Shown in pieces: positions 25,570 to 39,400 of a stretch of 56,023 bases of DNA. The notes under the pieces are model-generated. The model saw nothing but the letters and a program-made list of their open reading frames with translations. It made no database searches and had not been told where the DNA came from. Each line of letters starts with the position of its first letter. Within the stretch, counting starts at the first letter, position 1. The translations under genes and the position numbers were made by a program. The DNA comes from Octopus sinensis (lineage: Eukaryota): the NCBI RefSeq assembly GCF_006345805.1, contig NW_021837023.1, positions 1-56,023 of the forward strand, read 5' to 3'.

Positions 25570-28500
25570 TACAGAGTGCAATGGGAAAATTGTTGAACAA
25601 ATTGACCCCAGTCCAGGACTTACTTTTTAAAATCCAGTACTTATTCTATCAGTATCCTTGGTCAAGTGATGGCAGGGGACAAACACAAAGACACAGACAC
25701 GCTCACACACACATACACATACACACATATACACTCACACACATGCGCATGCACACACACACACATGCACACATACATCCCACTGCGTGGCACCTTGGGC
25801 AAGTGTCTTCTACTATAACCTCGGGCTGACCAAAACCTTGTGAGTGGATTTGGTAGACGGAAACTGAAAGAAGCCCGTCGTATATATGTATATATATGTG
25901 TGCGTATGTTTGTGTTTGTCCCCCTAGCATTGCTTGACAACCGATGCTGGTGTGTTTACGTCCCCATCACTTAGCAGTTCGGCAAAAGAGATCGATAGAA
26001 TAAGTACTGGGCTTACAAAGAATAAGTCCCGGGGTCGATTTGCTCCAGCATGGCCGCAGTCAAATGACTGAAACAAGTACAAGAATACACATGCACACAC
26101 ATACACACATGCATGCATGCATACACACATATGCACACACAAACACACACATATACACACATACACACACACATGATGGGCTTGTTTCAGTTTCCATCTA
26201 CCGAATCCATCCACATGACTTTGGCCTGCCCGGGGCTATAGAAGAAAATATTCACCCAAACTGCCCTGTAGTGGGACTGAACTTGGAACCATGTGATTGG
26301 GAAGCAAGCTTCTTACTACAGCCACGTCTATATCCAACATGAGATCCTTTAACTAATGCCCTAAATTTAGTCCCTAAAAATTTTAGAAGGATAATCAGAA
26401 TCCCTTCATCATCATCATCATCATCGGTTAACGTCCGTTTTCCGTGCTAGCATGGGTTGGACGGTTCGACCGGGGATCTGGGAAGCCAGAAGGCTGCACC
26501 AGGCTCCGGTCTTATCTGGCAGTGTTTCTACAGCTGGATGCCCTTCCTAACGCCAACCACTCCGTGAGTGTAGTGGGTGCTTTTTACGTGCCACCTGCAC
26601 TGGAGCCAGGCGAGGCTGGCATCGGCCACGGTCGGATTGGTGCATTTTACGTGCCACCTGCAATGAAGCCAGTCGAGGCAGCACTGGCTTCGGCCACGAT
26701 TCGGATGGTGCTTTTTACGTGCCACCGACACATTTATATATTTTAGTGTTTCAGAAAGTTTGACATAGTTGCAGGCATGGCTGTGTGGTTAAGAAGTTCA
26801 TTTCACGACAATGTGGTTTCAGGTTCAGTCCCACCGTGTGACACCTTGGGCAAATATTTTCTACTGAAGTACCCAAGATGACCAATGCCTTGTGAGTGAA
26901 TCTGGGAGATGGAAATGGAAACAGCATGGAAATTCGTTTCACACACACAAATCCACATACATGTACATGCATATACACACAACCACACACACAAACACAT
27001 ACAAACCCCAATATATACACACGCACAAGCGCGCATGCACACACGTACACACATGCACACAGGCACACACACATACACACATATGCACACACACACAAAA
27101 ACACTTACAAACCCCAATATATACACACGCACAAGCGCTCATGCACACACACACACACACACATATGGAAGCACTCCGTCGGTTATGACGACGAGGGTTC
27201 CGGTTGATCCGAATCAACGGAACAGCCTGCTCGTGAAATTAACGTGTAAGTGGCTGACGTAGTTCTCGGGGATATTCAGCGTGACACAGAGAGTGACAAG
27301 GCCGGCCCTTTGAAATACAGGTACAACAGAAACAGGAAGTAAGAGTGAGAGAAAGTTGTGGTGAAAGAGTACAGCAGGGATCACCACCAGCCCCTGCCGG
27401 AGCCTCGTGGAGCTTTTAGGTGTTTTCGCTCAATAAACACTCACAATGCCCGGTCTGGGAATCGAAACCGCGATCGTATGACCGCGAGTCTGCTGCCCTA
27501 ACCACTGGGCCATTGCGCCTCCAGACACACATATACACACACACTCACACACATGCCTCTAGCTAAACAACAACAAGAACAGTAACAGCAGGCACCTACC
27601 TTAAAGCTGTCTGGTAACCATTCCTGCACTGGTATGACTTTTACACCATATTCAACAGGAAGAAGTTGACCTGTAAATGCATTATTGGATACAAATATAT
27701 TTACATAGAAGGTCATTGATTTGCGTTGGACAAAAGGTCATTGATTTGCGTTGGACAAAAGGTCATTGATTTGCGTTGGACAAAAGGTCATTGATTTGCG
27801 TTGGACAAAACACATCGCTAAAATTGTCAAGAAGGCTGAGGGTGTCTTGGCATCACTCACCAAATCCTTTGTGAGCCGCTCTCCGGCTATCTATCTGTGG
27901 CTTTATATAGCTATGGTAAGACCTCACCTGGAATTTGCATCACCGGTCTGGAACCCCTATCTTGCCCAGATATCAATCGTCTGGAAGCTGTTCAGTGACG
28001 TGCAACCAAAAGAATACCCTCCATCAGGCATTTGCCATATCCTGAATGCCTTATTTCCCTGGGCATGGACACATTGAAACTCCGACGTCTGGCAGCTGAC
28101 TTGGCAGACACCCATAAAATTATCAACCATCGTACAAACAATAACTCTGAGCACCTTTTCAAACTCCACCCATCTAACACCTGTGGACATATTTACAAAG
28201 TCAGAAAACAGCACAGCTCCCATGACTTCAGGAAGCATTTTTTCACACTGAGAGTTGCTGAAGCATGGAACAAACTGCCGGCATCAGTTGTTAGTTGTTG
28301 GAGCACTGCATCCTTCAAAAATTCCATGCTTTCTGAGATTCGCCAACACTACACCTGATTTTCTCCCCTCCATATACACGCAAGCATGTATCTGACTCAT
28401 ACATTGTTCGCTTTCCAGACATTTTTACATTACTGCATGTACTTTATATGCACTTTCTGACAAGTTGTGGTGCACCTGAGCACTGTATACAATAATTTCA

Positions 28501-29692
28501 TTATTATATTATATTTTGCAAAAATGGGGTTACAGGCTCCATCCTGTAACCCCCATTTCATAGCGTGGCATATGAAGCTAGATTTTTATACTATAGGCAC
28601 GAAGTAGACCAATAACTTGTGAGCAGGACCATAGCTGGAGACGATGTCTCTTGGGGCTAAATTACAGCAACATTCATCCTAAACCAGGACTGCCATGTTA
28701 TGTTGGCAAACAATCTTTACTGCAAGAACAACAATATTATAATGTTTTTTATTTACAATACAAGTGTAAAAATAAAAGCTATGGCTTACCATCAACCGCA
28801 TCATGTTTCGTGTCTCCATCCATGGTGATACTAACTTCGATCTCTGAGGTGCTTAGTATGTCCTCACCACCTGGTTTTAGCAAAGTTGGTGTATGAGGGG
28901 GCTGGATGATGGACCCACTGCCCGACTTGTTCTCTCCTGACCTACAACAGGGACTGCACCAGTGGGAAAGGTTTCAGGTGATAGCAGCAGGTGGTGGTGG
29001 AGATAGTGGTGCAGGTGAATGCCGTGGTGGTGGAGACAGAATGGAGAACAGAAATACAACGTAAACTTAATGCATTTCTATGTTAAGTGCATATTTACAT
29101 ACATTCGCACAAACATATACGTATACATGCATCAAAAGATACAAATATACATATACAATTACATACAAATCCATACACACACACAGACACATGCACACAC
29201 ACACACATGTATATACACACAAGTAAGCAGATAAATGTAAAATAAGATGGGAAAATAGTACTCAAATACCAAAGGTACTGTAATGTTTTGTTTTTATTAA
29301 AGCTGAAAATAGTCTTCACAAACTGTTACTCGAAACAGCTGTCAGCTACAATGTAAATGTATTTCTATTTCTATTTCTATGTCTTGTTATATTTGTACTA
29401 TATTAATGTAGAATATCATTGCTGTTGTGTAGTGGTTTAATAAAGTATTGATTGGGTATTATCTGATGGTTGATGATTGATTTAGATATATTTCTCCATT
29501 TTCTCATTTTGTATTATTAATTTACGGTAAAAATAATTTTACCTTTGCCCACATAATACAGTAGATGAATTAATTGCATCGCAATTTTTAACATTTATGT
29601 ATTAGCTTTGTTGGGTATTTCTCTAGCAGTATATTGGATATATGTTATCCCATGGAGGTTGAATTTACAACCCCTATCTCATTTTATATATA

Positions 29693-29775
<83 letters not shown>

Positions 29776-30554
29776 GTATGTATATATATGTATATATATA
29801 TATATTATATATATATATATACATATAAGTATAGATGGGCTGGGCATGTCGCCTGGCTCACCGATAATCGGTGGACCCACGCAGTTGTCGAGTGGTACCC
29901 GTGCGAGCAGAAAAGACCACCCGGAAGACCTCCATGACGGTGGAGTTACGATTTCAGGAGGACGATTGGGATCACGTGGATGAGAAAGGCGCGATCCAGA
30001 GAGGAGTGGACAGCGTGCTGTGACCAGCGGTGTCAAATGGACACCTGACAGACTGGTCGGTCAAAGTGATATATTTACATATATACTAGCTTGTGCATAT
30101 AATATACAAACTTATGTGGATGGATAGATGATGGATAGTCAGATAGATGGACAGTCTGACAAACAGACAGATTGATAGCAACCTATTGAAATAGCTAGAT
30201 AGACAGGTAGACAGATAAGGCAGATAGTCTGATTGCAAGCTAGCTAGATAGCTAGATAGACAGACAGATTGCTAGCTAGCTAGCTGGATGGATGGACGGA
30301 CAGACAAACGGATTAATACACAGACTGACAAATTAACTAGAGATAGTGCAAAATAAGTTTAAATTGCACAACAAATCACCAGTATTTAGAATTGTGTATA
30401 TATTCTTGTATATCCGGAGGAGAAGGATTTATATTTGAGTCGGATTATCATTTGGTGAGAATCTGTAGTTGGGTATATTCGAAACAAAACTGGAGACATT
30501 TTTTATAAAAGATTTAGTTACACAAATATTTTATAAATAATTTTTTGTTTTGTT

Positions 30555-30603
<49 letters not shown>

Positions 30604-30763
30604 TCATCATCATCATCATCATTTAGCGTCCGCTTTCCATGCTAGCATGGGTTGGATGGTTTAACTGGGGTCTGGGAAGCCAGAAGGCTGCACCAGGCCC
30701 AGTCTGATCTGGCAATGATTCTATGGCTGGATGCCCTTCCTATATATACATATATATATACAA

Positions 30764-30808
<45 letters not shown>

Positions 30809-33800
30809 ACAACACAGGAAGATGAAAATTTATTTGGTATTATTTATTCACCATTACACATGTTTCATTTGCTAATAGGAATCAGAGTTTTCCTGCTCAA
30901 CATGTAAACCTTTCTAATTACTATTAACAAATGAACCATGTGTAATTGTAAATAAATAATACCAAATAATCTTCCAGCTTCCTGTTTTGTTCTATATATT
31001 TATTTCATCATCATCATCATCATCGTTTAACGTCCGAGTAACAAATGACTGAAACAACCAAAAAAAGAAAATTATAAAATTATAAAAGAATAAATGAAAA
31101 CCAACAAGAGCAGGGAGAGGAAAAGATGGCCCCGAGTGAAGGACAATGGAGAAAAGTTGCGAAAGGCCTATGCCCTGGAAAGAAGGAAGGGTTTACTATA
31201 AATCCTTAATATTTACTCACAAAATGGACTTCAACATGTTGAAACATGATTTCAGGAATGCTGTTTCTTTGCCTGCTGACGCTGAACTGTCCTCTCTTGT
31301 TCCTGAAAGTAATATTGTATGTAGGAGTAAGGGTTAGGATGTCTGTAGTGATGCAGGAGGGAATCTTAATTCTAACCCTTTTCTTATCACCTACTTGCAA
31401 ATAAATGTGTTAACATGTGACAGTATTGACCGAGGTAACCATGGTCTTTTCCGTAGGCTTTTCTTTTCCCCTTTACACTTTACATCATGACATTTCTGTG
31501 ATACATGATCCCTATTGATCGTTTTTTTTTTCCCTCTCTCTCTTTATGATCCCTTTTGATCAAAAACCTACCCCCTTTTTATTTTTTTTTCTCCCCAAAA
31601 AGAAAAGCTCTGCTTTGTAATTTGTCCCTCTCTGTGTTCAGTCCTGTGTGGCTAATAAAGCCATTGCCAGCCTCGTCCGGTCTCTGTGCCGGTGGCACGT
31701 AAAAAGCACCATCCGATCGTGGCCGTTTGCCAGCCCTGTCAGGCACCTGTGCCGGTGGCACGTAAAAGGCACCATCCAATCATGGCCGTTTGCCAGCCCC
31801 GTCTGGCACCTGTGCCGGTGGCACGTAAAAAGCACCCACTACACTCACGGAGTGGTTGGCGTTAGGAAGGGCATCCAGTCGTAGAAACACTGCCAGATCA
31901 GACTGGGCCTGGTGCAGCCTTCCGGCTTCCCAGACCCCAGTTGAACCGTCCAACCCATGCTAGTATGGAAAGCGGACGCTAAACGATGATGATGATGATG
32001 ATGATGATTTCTGTTGAAATAGAATACTTTTGTTTCAGTTAATTTCAAAAATAATGAAAATTTTTGTATCTTATATGAACCCTCAGGGTCCATGCACATC
32101 TATGGACAGCTGATTCTGCAGTGTGTTGAAGCCATTCCTAGTTCCAATGACAAACACCAAAGATCATCTAGAATTGAACTCATCATGAATTATACCCCCA
32201 TAAATCCTGTCACATGATACTGGTATTGGCCATGACTACAATTTTACTTGGCTTGATGTTTGTTCCTTTTCAATCCATGCCTGGCTCATAAGGGCCAGTT
32301 TCCCAGTTTCCTTGGTGTATAAGTTCCCCACCTGGACAGGACGCCAGTCCATCGCAGGTGAGCTGCAAGATGCAGGAGGAAAGAGTGAGAGAAAGTTGTG
32401 GCGAAAGGGTCAGCAGAAGTTCGCCATTACCTTCTGCCGGAGTCGCATGGAGCTTAGGTGTTTCGCTCATAAACACACACATCGCCCGGTCTGAGATTCG
32501 AACCCATGATCCCTCGACCACGAGTCCACTGCTCTAACCACTAGGCCATAGCAGAAGTTCACCATTATCTTCTGCCGGAGTCGCATGGAGCTTAGGTGTT
32601 TTACTCATAAACACACACATCGCCCGGTCTGAGATTCGAACCTGTGATCCCTCGACCACGAGTCCACTGCTCTAACCACTAGGCCATAGCAGAAGTTCAC
32701 CATTACCTTCTGCCGGAGTCGCATGGAGCTTAGGTGTTTCACTCGTAAACACACACATCGCCCGATCTGAGATTCGAACCTGTGATCCCTCGACCACGAG
32801 TCCGCTGCTCTAACCACTAGGCTATGTGCCGCCACTAACTTGGCTTGATGAGTCTTCTTAAGCACAGAATAACACCAAAGATCTTGGCCACTAGTCATCG
32901 CTTCCATGTGGCTCAACATCTGAAGATCTTGCTTCACCATCTCATCCTATGTCTTTTTGGGACTACCTCTTCCCCACTGCCACCACTTGACTAACAAGTG
33001 ATCGGTTTTTGTCCCCATAACTTAGCAGTCCAGTAAAACGAACTGATTCAATAAGTGCCAGACTTAAATAATAAAACAACTAACAGTATTGCCCGGCGTT
33101 GCTCGGGCTTGTAAGGGAAATAACTATATAAGCCTTTTTAGAGAGTTACTTTCCTTATAGAATTGAGCAAAAATCATTAAAAATGCGGAAAAATGATGGT
33201 AAATTTTTTTTAAAATCATAGACTCTTCGTAGATGCGCGCTAATACCCAGAAGGGCTCGATATGAATCATGACTATAAGATACCCGCTTTTGGTTAAACT
33301 GCACCGCAAAATGTGGGAGTAGTTAGGAATCTAAATCGGAGTAGACAGACACTCACACACAACTTTAGTTTTATATATAAAGATTAGTGTGAATGGGGCG
33401 GAGTGTTATTTTTTTTTCAACTAAACCCAACAAGGCAGTGCCCCAGTATGGCCACAGTTTAATGACCGAAACAAATAAAAGATAGAAGATAACATGTATT
33501 GAACGATGATGGAAAAGACACAAAAAATGTACATCAGGATTTTTAACTTACCCCATGATTTGTCGGTGAGGTTACATATGCTGTACATAATAAGCACGAG
33601 GTATCCCGTGGGAAGGCAGAGAAGGTACCAGACCCCATTGAGTAGGTTTGTGATCTCTTGGAGGTGACACAGTGAGGACAACACAAATATTGCGATTAGA
33701 GCAAAAAGGTAAATGTCACTGATGGACACAGGTGGTATGTTGGAATCTGGATCTGGAATAGTGAAGAAGACTCATTGTAGAAGAGGGGGGAAAGATAGTG

Positions 33801-34958
33801 GAGAGGAGAGAGTTGAAGAAGGATGAGGAAGGGTGAGGAAGAAAGGGTAGGGAACAGAGGGAGGGGAAGAAGAACAAGGAAGAGAGTAAAAGAACAGTAG
33901 TGAATGAGAGAGGGTGAAGAAGAGAGGTGGAAGAAGGATGAGGAAGGGTGAGGAAGAAAGGGTACGGAAGAGAGGGAGGGGAAGAAAGACGAGAAAGAGA
34001 GAGAGAGTAGAAGAACAGTAGTGAATGAGGGAGGGTGAAGAAGAGAGATAGAAGATGAATGAGGGAGAGTGAAGAAGTATGAGGGTGAAGAAGAGAGAGT
34101 GGAGGGAGGGTGAGGAAGAGGAAGGGAAGAAGGACAAGGAAGTGAGAGAGTAAAAGAACAATAGTGAATGAGGGAGGGTGAGGAAGTATGATTGTGAAGA
34201 AGAGAGAGTGGAGGGAGGGTGAGGAAGAGAAGGAGGGGAAGAAGGATGAGGAAGACAGAGAGAAAGCAAAAGAACAGTGAATGAGGGAGGGTGAAGAAGA
34301 GAGATAGAAGATGAATGAGGGAGGGAGGGGAAGAAAGACGAGAAAGAGAGAGAGAGTAGAAGAACAGTAGTGAATGAGGAAAGGTGAAGAAGAGAGTGTG
34401 GAAGGAGGAGGATGAGTTAGGATTTAGAGTGAAAGAGTGAAAGAAAAGAAATGAAAGAAATGGGGAATAAGAGAGAAAGGGGTAGAGTTGAAAGAAAGAT
34501 CGAAAGAGAGAAAAGGAAAATGTCTGAAAGAAAGATTTTAGAGACGAAGAAGTGACAATAAAAGACAAATAAAGAAATAGTGAAGAATTGAAGAAAATAA
34601 TAGAGTTTGAGATAGCGCTATCTGAATCGTGGCTGATGCCAGCGCCGCCTTGACTGGCTTCTGTGCTGGTGGCACATAAAATGCACCATCCGATCGTGGC
34701 CGTTGCCAGCCTCACCTGGCACCTGTGTCGGTGGCACATAAAAAGCACCCACTACACTCACGGAGTGGTTGGCGTTAGGAAGGGCGTCCAGCCATAGAAA
34801 CACTGCCAGATCAGACTGGAGCCTGGTGCAGCCTTCTGGTTTCCCAGACCCCAGTTGAACCGTCCAACCCATGCTAGCATGGAGAATGGAAGTTTAAACG
34901 ATGACACACACACTCACCCACATACAAATACACACACACACATATATTCAAATATGTG

Positions 34959-35000
<42 letters not shown>

Positions 35001-36138
35001 GAAAAAAAATCAAGGTAGAAAATGCTAAAATAATTTTATAAAAAACATTTCAGTACCAGTTTCAGTCATTGAGACTTTTTCAACTGTAACTATGGAAAAC
35101 AATTAAATTTTAGAAAAATTAATGAAAAGTTTTTTTAAAAGAATATGAGTGGCTGTGTGGTAAGTAGCTTGCTAACCAACCACATGGTTCCGGGTTCAGT
35201 CCCACTGCGTGGCATCTTGGGCAAGTGTCTTCTGCTATAGCCCCAGGCCGACCAATGCCTTGTGAGTGGATTTGGTATACGGAAACTGAAAGAAGCCTGT
35301 TGTATATATGTATGTATATATAAGTGTGTGTGTATATGTTTGTGTGTCTGTGTTTGTCCCCCTAGCGTTGCTTGACAACCGATGCTGGTGTGTTTACGTC
35401 CCCGTCACTTAGCAGTTCAGCAAAAGAGACCGATAGAATAAGTACTGGGCTTACAAAGAATAAGTTCCGGGGTCGATTTGCTCGATTAAAGGCAGTGCTC
35501 CAGCATGGCCTCAGTCAAATGACTGAAACAAGTAAAAGAGTATAGTGTTCAAATACAAGGGCCATCTTCCTTGTTTCTGCCTGTCTCTGTCTCTCTTGTT
35601 TACTCCTGTGGGTTCAAGGTCATTGTGAAATCCCGCAAGAGTAAACGAGAGAGACAGAGACAGGCAGAAACAAGGAAAATGCCCCTTGTATTTGAATACT
35701 ATGCAAATATTCTTTTAAAAAAACTTTTCACTTAATTTCTCCAAAATTTAATTGTTTTCCATAGTTACAGTTGAAAAAGTCTCAATGACTGAAACCGGTA
35801 CTGAAATGTTTTTTATAAAATTATTTTAGCATTTTCTATCTTATATCAACTTTCCATATATATCAACTCGCGTGTTCCTTTTCAACCTTCTACACACACA
35901 CACACATATATATACATATACATGTACGTGTACCCCAGTATATTACCATAATCTTTGTTGAGGTCATCTACAACTTGTACTATTGTTCCTATGGTAACTA
36001 CTGTCATGATGATGGCATAGATGAAAGTGAAAATTTTGGCAACCTGAAAATAGGATGGAGAAAAAGAATTATTAGACAGGTAGAAAGACAGATGGCTAAT
36101 TACACACACACACACACATACACACACACACACATGTA

Positions 36139-36187
<49 letters not shown>

Positions 36188-36370
36188 CGGGAAGGTTTAC
36201 GAAAATAAACAAAAGACAAAGGCAGGTGGAGTACAAACAAACAAATGTATTAGTATGGCGCTCAGGAATAGAAATAGAGAAAGTCTTTTACGTTTCGAGC
36301 CTACGCTCTTCAACAGAAAGATACACAGAAAAAAACAAGGAGAGAAAAAAAATGCGTGTAGGAGCTAACG

Positions 36371-36415
<45 letters not shown>

Positions 36416-39400
36416 CTAGGCCTATTCTTAATTTTTTTAGGAGGAGGTAGCCACAACAAGAAACACAGCAGGTGTTCTATTTTTTAAGTCTGAAACTTAT
36501 TCTATCGCTTTCGTTTTGTTGAACTGCTTAGTTATGGTCATCAACAAGCCAACAACAGTTGTCAAACAGTGATAAGGGACAAACACAAAAACACACACAC
36601 ACACACATAACAGTTTTTTTTCCAGTTTCCAGCCTGGGGATATAGTAGAAGACAGTTGGCCATAGTGCCATGCAGTGGGATTGAACCAGGAACTATGTGG
36701 TTGGCAAGCAAACTTCTTACCACACAGCCATGCTAGTAGCTATACATACATATAACAAATTTTAAAATGAGGAAGACCCAACCTATAACAGAGTACATAC
36801 CCATTTCTTTACTACCCACAAGGGGCTAAACACATAGAGGACAAACAAGGACAGACAAATGGATTAAGTCGATTATATCGACCCCAGCTGGCAGAAACGT
36901 TAGCGCGCTGGATGAAATGCCTAGCGGTATTTTGTGTCGTTACGTTCTGAGTTCAAATTCCGCCGAGGTCGACTTTGCCTTTCATCCTTTCGGGGTCGAT
37001 AAATAAAGTACCAGTTTCGCTCTGGGGTCGATGTAATCGACTTAAACCCTTTGTCTGTCCTTGTTTGTCCCCTTTATGTTTAGCCCCTTGTGGGCAGTAA
37101 AGAAATATATATCAACCCCAGTGCATAACTGGTACTTATTTAATCGACCCCGAAAGGATGAAAGGCAAAGTCGACCTCGGCGGAATTTGAACTCAGAATA
37201 TAGCGGCAGACGAAATACTGCTAAGCAATTCGCCTGGCATGCTAATGTTTCTGCCAGCTCGCCGCCTTATAACAGAGTACATACCTTCAACTGGAAATCG
37301 CCAGAGGTGCTGAGACAGATGATGATGAAGAGAGCACTGCAAACATATTGGATTATGATGCTGTATGTTGGAGATATTGACCAACCGTATTGGAGACCAC
37401 CTGGAGCACAAAACAAATAACATGAATACAAGAACAAAATTTGCTTAGTGGGTGCAAACGCAAGACTGAAAATTATTTACAAGGTTCAATTTCAATTCCG
37501 ATTTCACTTGCCCCAACAGGTCTTCACAAGCAGAGTTTTGTGTCCCTTCATTGGACACTAAACTCTGCTTGCGAAGACCTGTTGGGGCAAGTGAAATCGG
37601 AATCGAAATTGAACCAATTCTATGACACATACACATACACAGAAACATACACATATACAAGTACACACACACAGACATACACACACACATGCAAACACAC
37701 ACTTACAGTCACACACACACACAAATATTAAATTATATACAAGTACACGGTCTCCCTTACCTGAGACAACCAGAATAACAGTGGCTGGGCCAATGACTGT
37801 GGCCAGAAGCAAAACAAACTGATAGATGATGAAGAAAACGGAGATGTGTCTGTTGAATTTCATCATGAGTCGACTTTCTTTGACGACCAGGATCAAGTTG
37901 GCAATGGTTGACACAATCCAACGACGGCGCTGTTTGAAGAACTCGTCAAAGCCGTCGGGACAGTGAGTGCTGTTGGTGGCAACTGCGCAGTAGTCAATTC
38001 GCCAGCCATTCTGCAACTGAAACAGATAAAAAACGAACAAAGGTGAAGATGCTGAAGGGATAACAGCAGGATGATTGAAGCAGGATATTTGTGTGTAGAA
38101 TGTGTGAGCCAGCAGCTAGAGTAAGGAGGCGCAATGGCCCAGTGGTGAGGGCAGTGGACTCACGGTCTGAGGATCGTGGTTTCGATTCCCAGACCAAGCA
38201 TTGTGAGTGCTTATTGAGCGAAAACACCTAAAGCTCCATGAGGCTCCCACAGGGGGTGGTGGTGACCCCTGTTGTACTCTTTCGCCCCAACTTTCTCTCA
38301 CTCTTTCTTTCTGTAGAAAAGATTATTATTATTATTATTATTATTGAGTGAGAGAGCAGTTCATGCCATCAAAGTGACACTTTGATTGAAGCAGGATATT
38401 TGTGTGTAGAACTAGTAGTATCGCCCGGCGTTGCTCGGGTTTGTAAGGGAAATAACTATATAAGCATGTTTAGAGAGTTATAGCCAAAAAATAGCAAAAA
38501 AATGCATTAAAAATGGAAAAAAAATTATGGTAAATTTTTTTTTAAAATCGTTGACTCATCGTAGACATTTTTAGAGAGTTACTTCCCTTATATAATAGCG
38601 AAAAAATGCATTAAAATGGAAAAAAATGATGGTAAATTTGTATGTAAATATGTATGTATGTATGTATGTAAATATGTATGTATGTATGTACGTATGTATG
38701 TATGTATGTATGTATGCAAGCATGCATGTATGTATTATATATATATACTAGCAGTATCGCCCGGCGTTGCTCGGGTTTGTAAGGGAAATAACTATATAAG
38801 CATGTTTAGAGAGTTATAGCCAAAAAATAGCAAAAAAATGCATTAAAAATGGAAAAAAAATTATGGTAAATTTTTTTTTTAAATCGTTGACTCATCGTAG
38901 ACATTTTTAGAGAGTTACTTCCCTTATATAATAGCGAAAAAATGCATTAAAATGGAAAAAAAATGATGGTAAATTTGTATGTAAATATGTATGTATGTAA
39001 ATATGTATGTATGTATGTACGTATGTATGTATGTATGTATGTATGCAAGCATGCATGTATGTATTATATATATATACTAGCAGTATCGCCCGGCGTTGCT
39101 CGGGTTTGTAAGGGAATAACTATATAAGCATGTTTAGAGAGTTATAGCCAAAAAATAGCAAAAAAATGCATTAAAATGGAAAAAAAATTATGGTAAATTT
39201 TTTTTTTAAATCGTTGACTCATCGTAGACATTTTTAGAGAGTTACTTCCCTTATATAATAGCGAAAAAATGCATTAAAATGGAAAAAAATGATGGTAATT
39301 TGTATGTAAATATGTATGTATGTATGTATGTAAATATGTATGTATGTATGTACGTATGTATGTATGTATGTATGTATGCAAGCATGCATGTATGTATTAT

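Noticed and set aside
28954-29060. Pro/His-rich stretch as an upstream extension of exon 13
   Set aside because: An in-frame TGA precedes the exon and there is no AG before the chosen acceptor, so it is treated as intron.
29303-29348. CTGAAAA...ACTC-GAAA-CAGCTG-TC motif
   Set aside because: Uncompensated G8A and broken stems; remnant only.
31303-31400. ORF 31206..31400 as the exon 12 reading frame
   Set aside because: The true frame is set by SWG|TRE at the 31302 acceptor; the listed ORF is a different frame.
33696-34748. 350-aa minus-strand ORF, and the 267-aa ORF at 10476..11279
   Set aside because: The first is the low-complexity CT-rich repeat. The second is AT-rich sequence antisense to the Penelope fragment.
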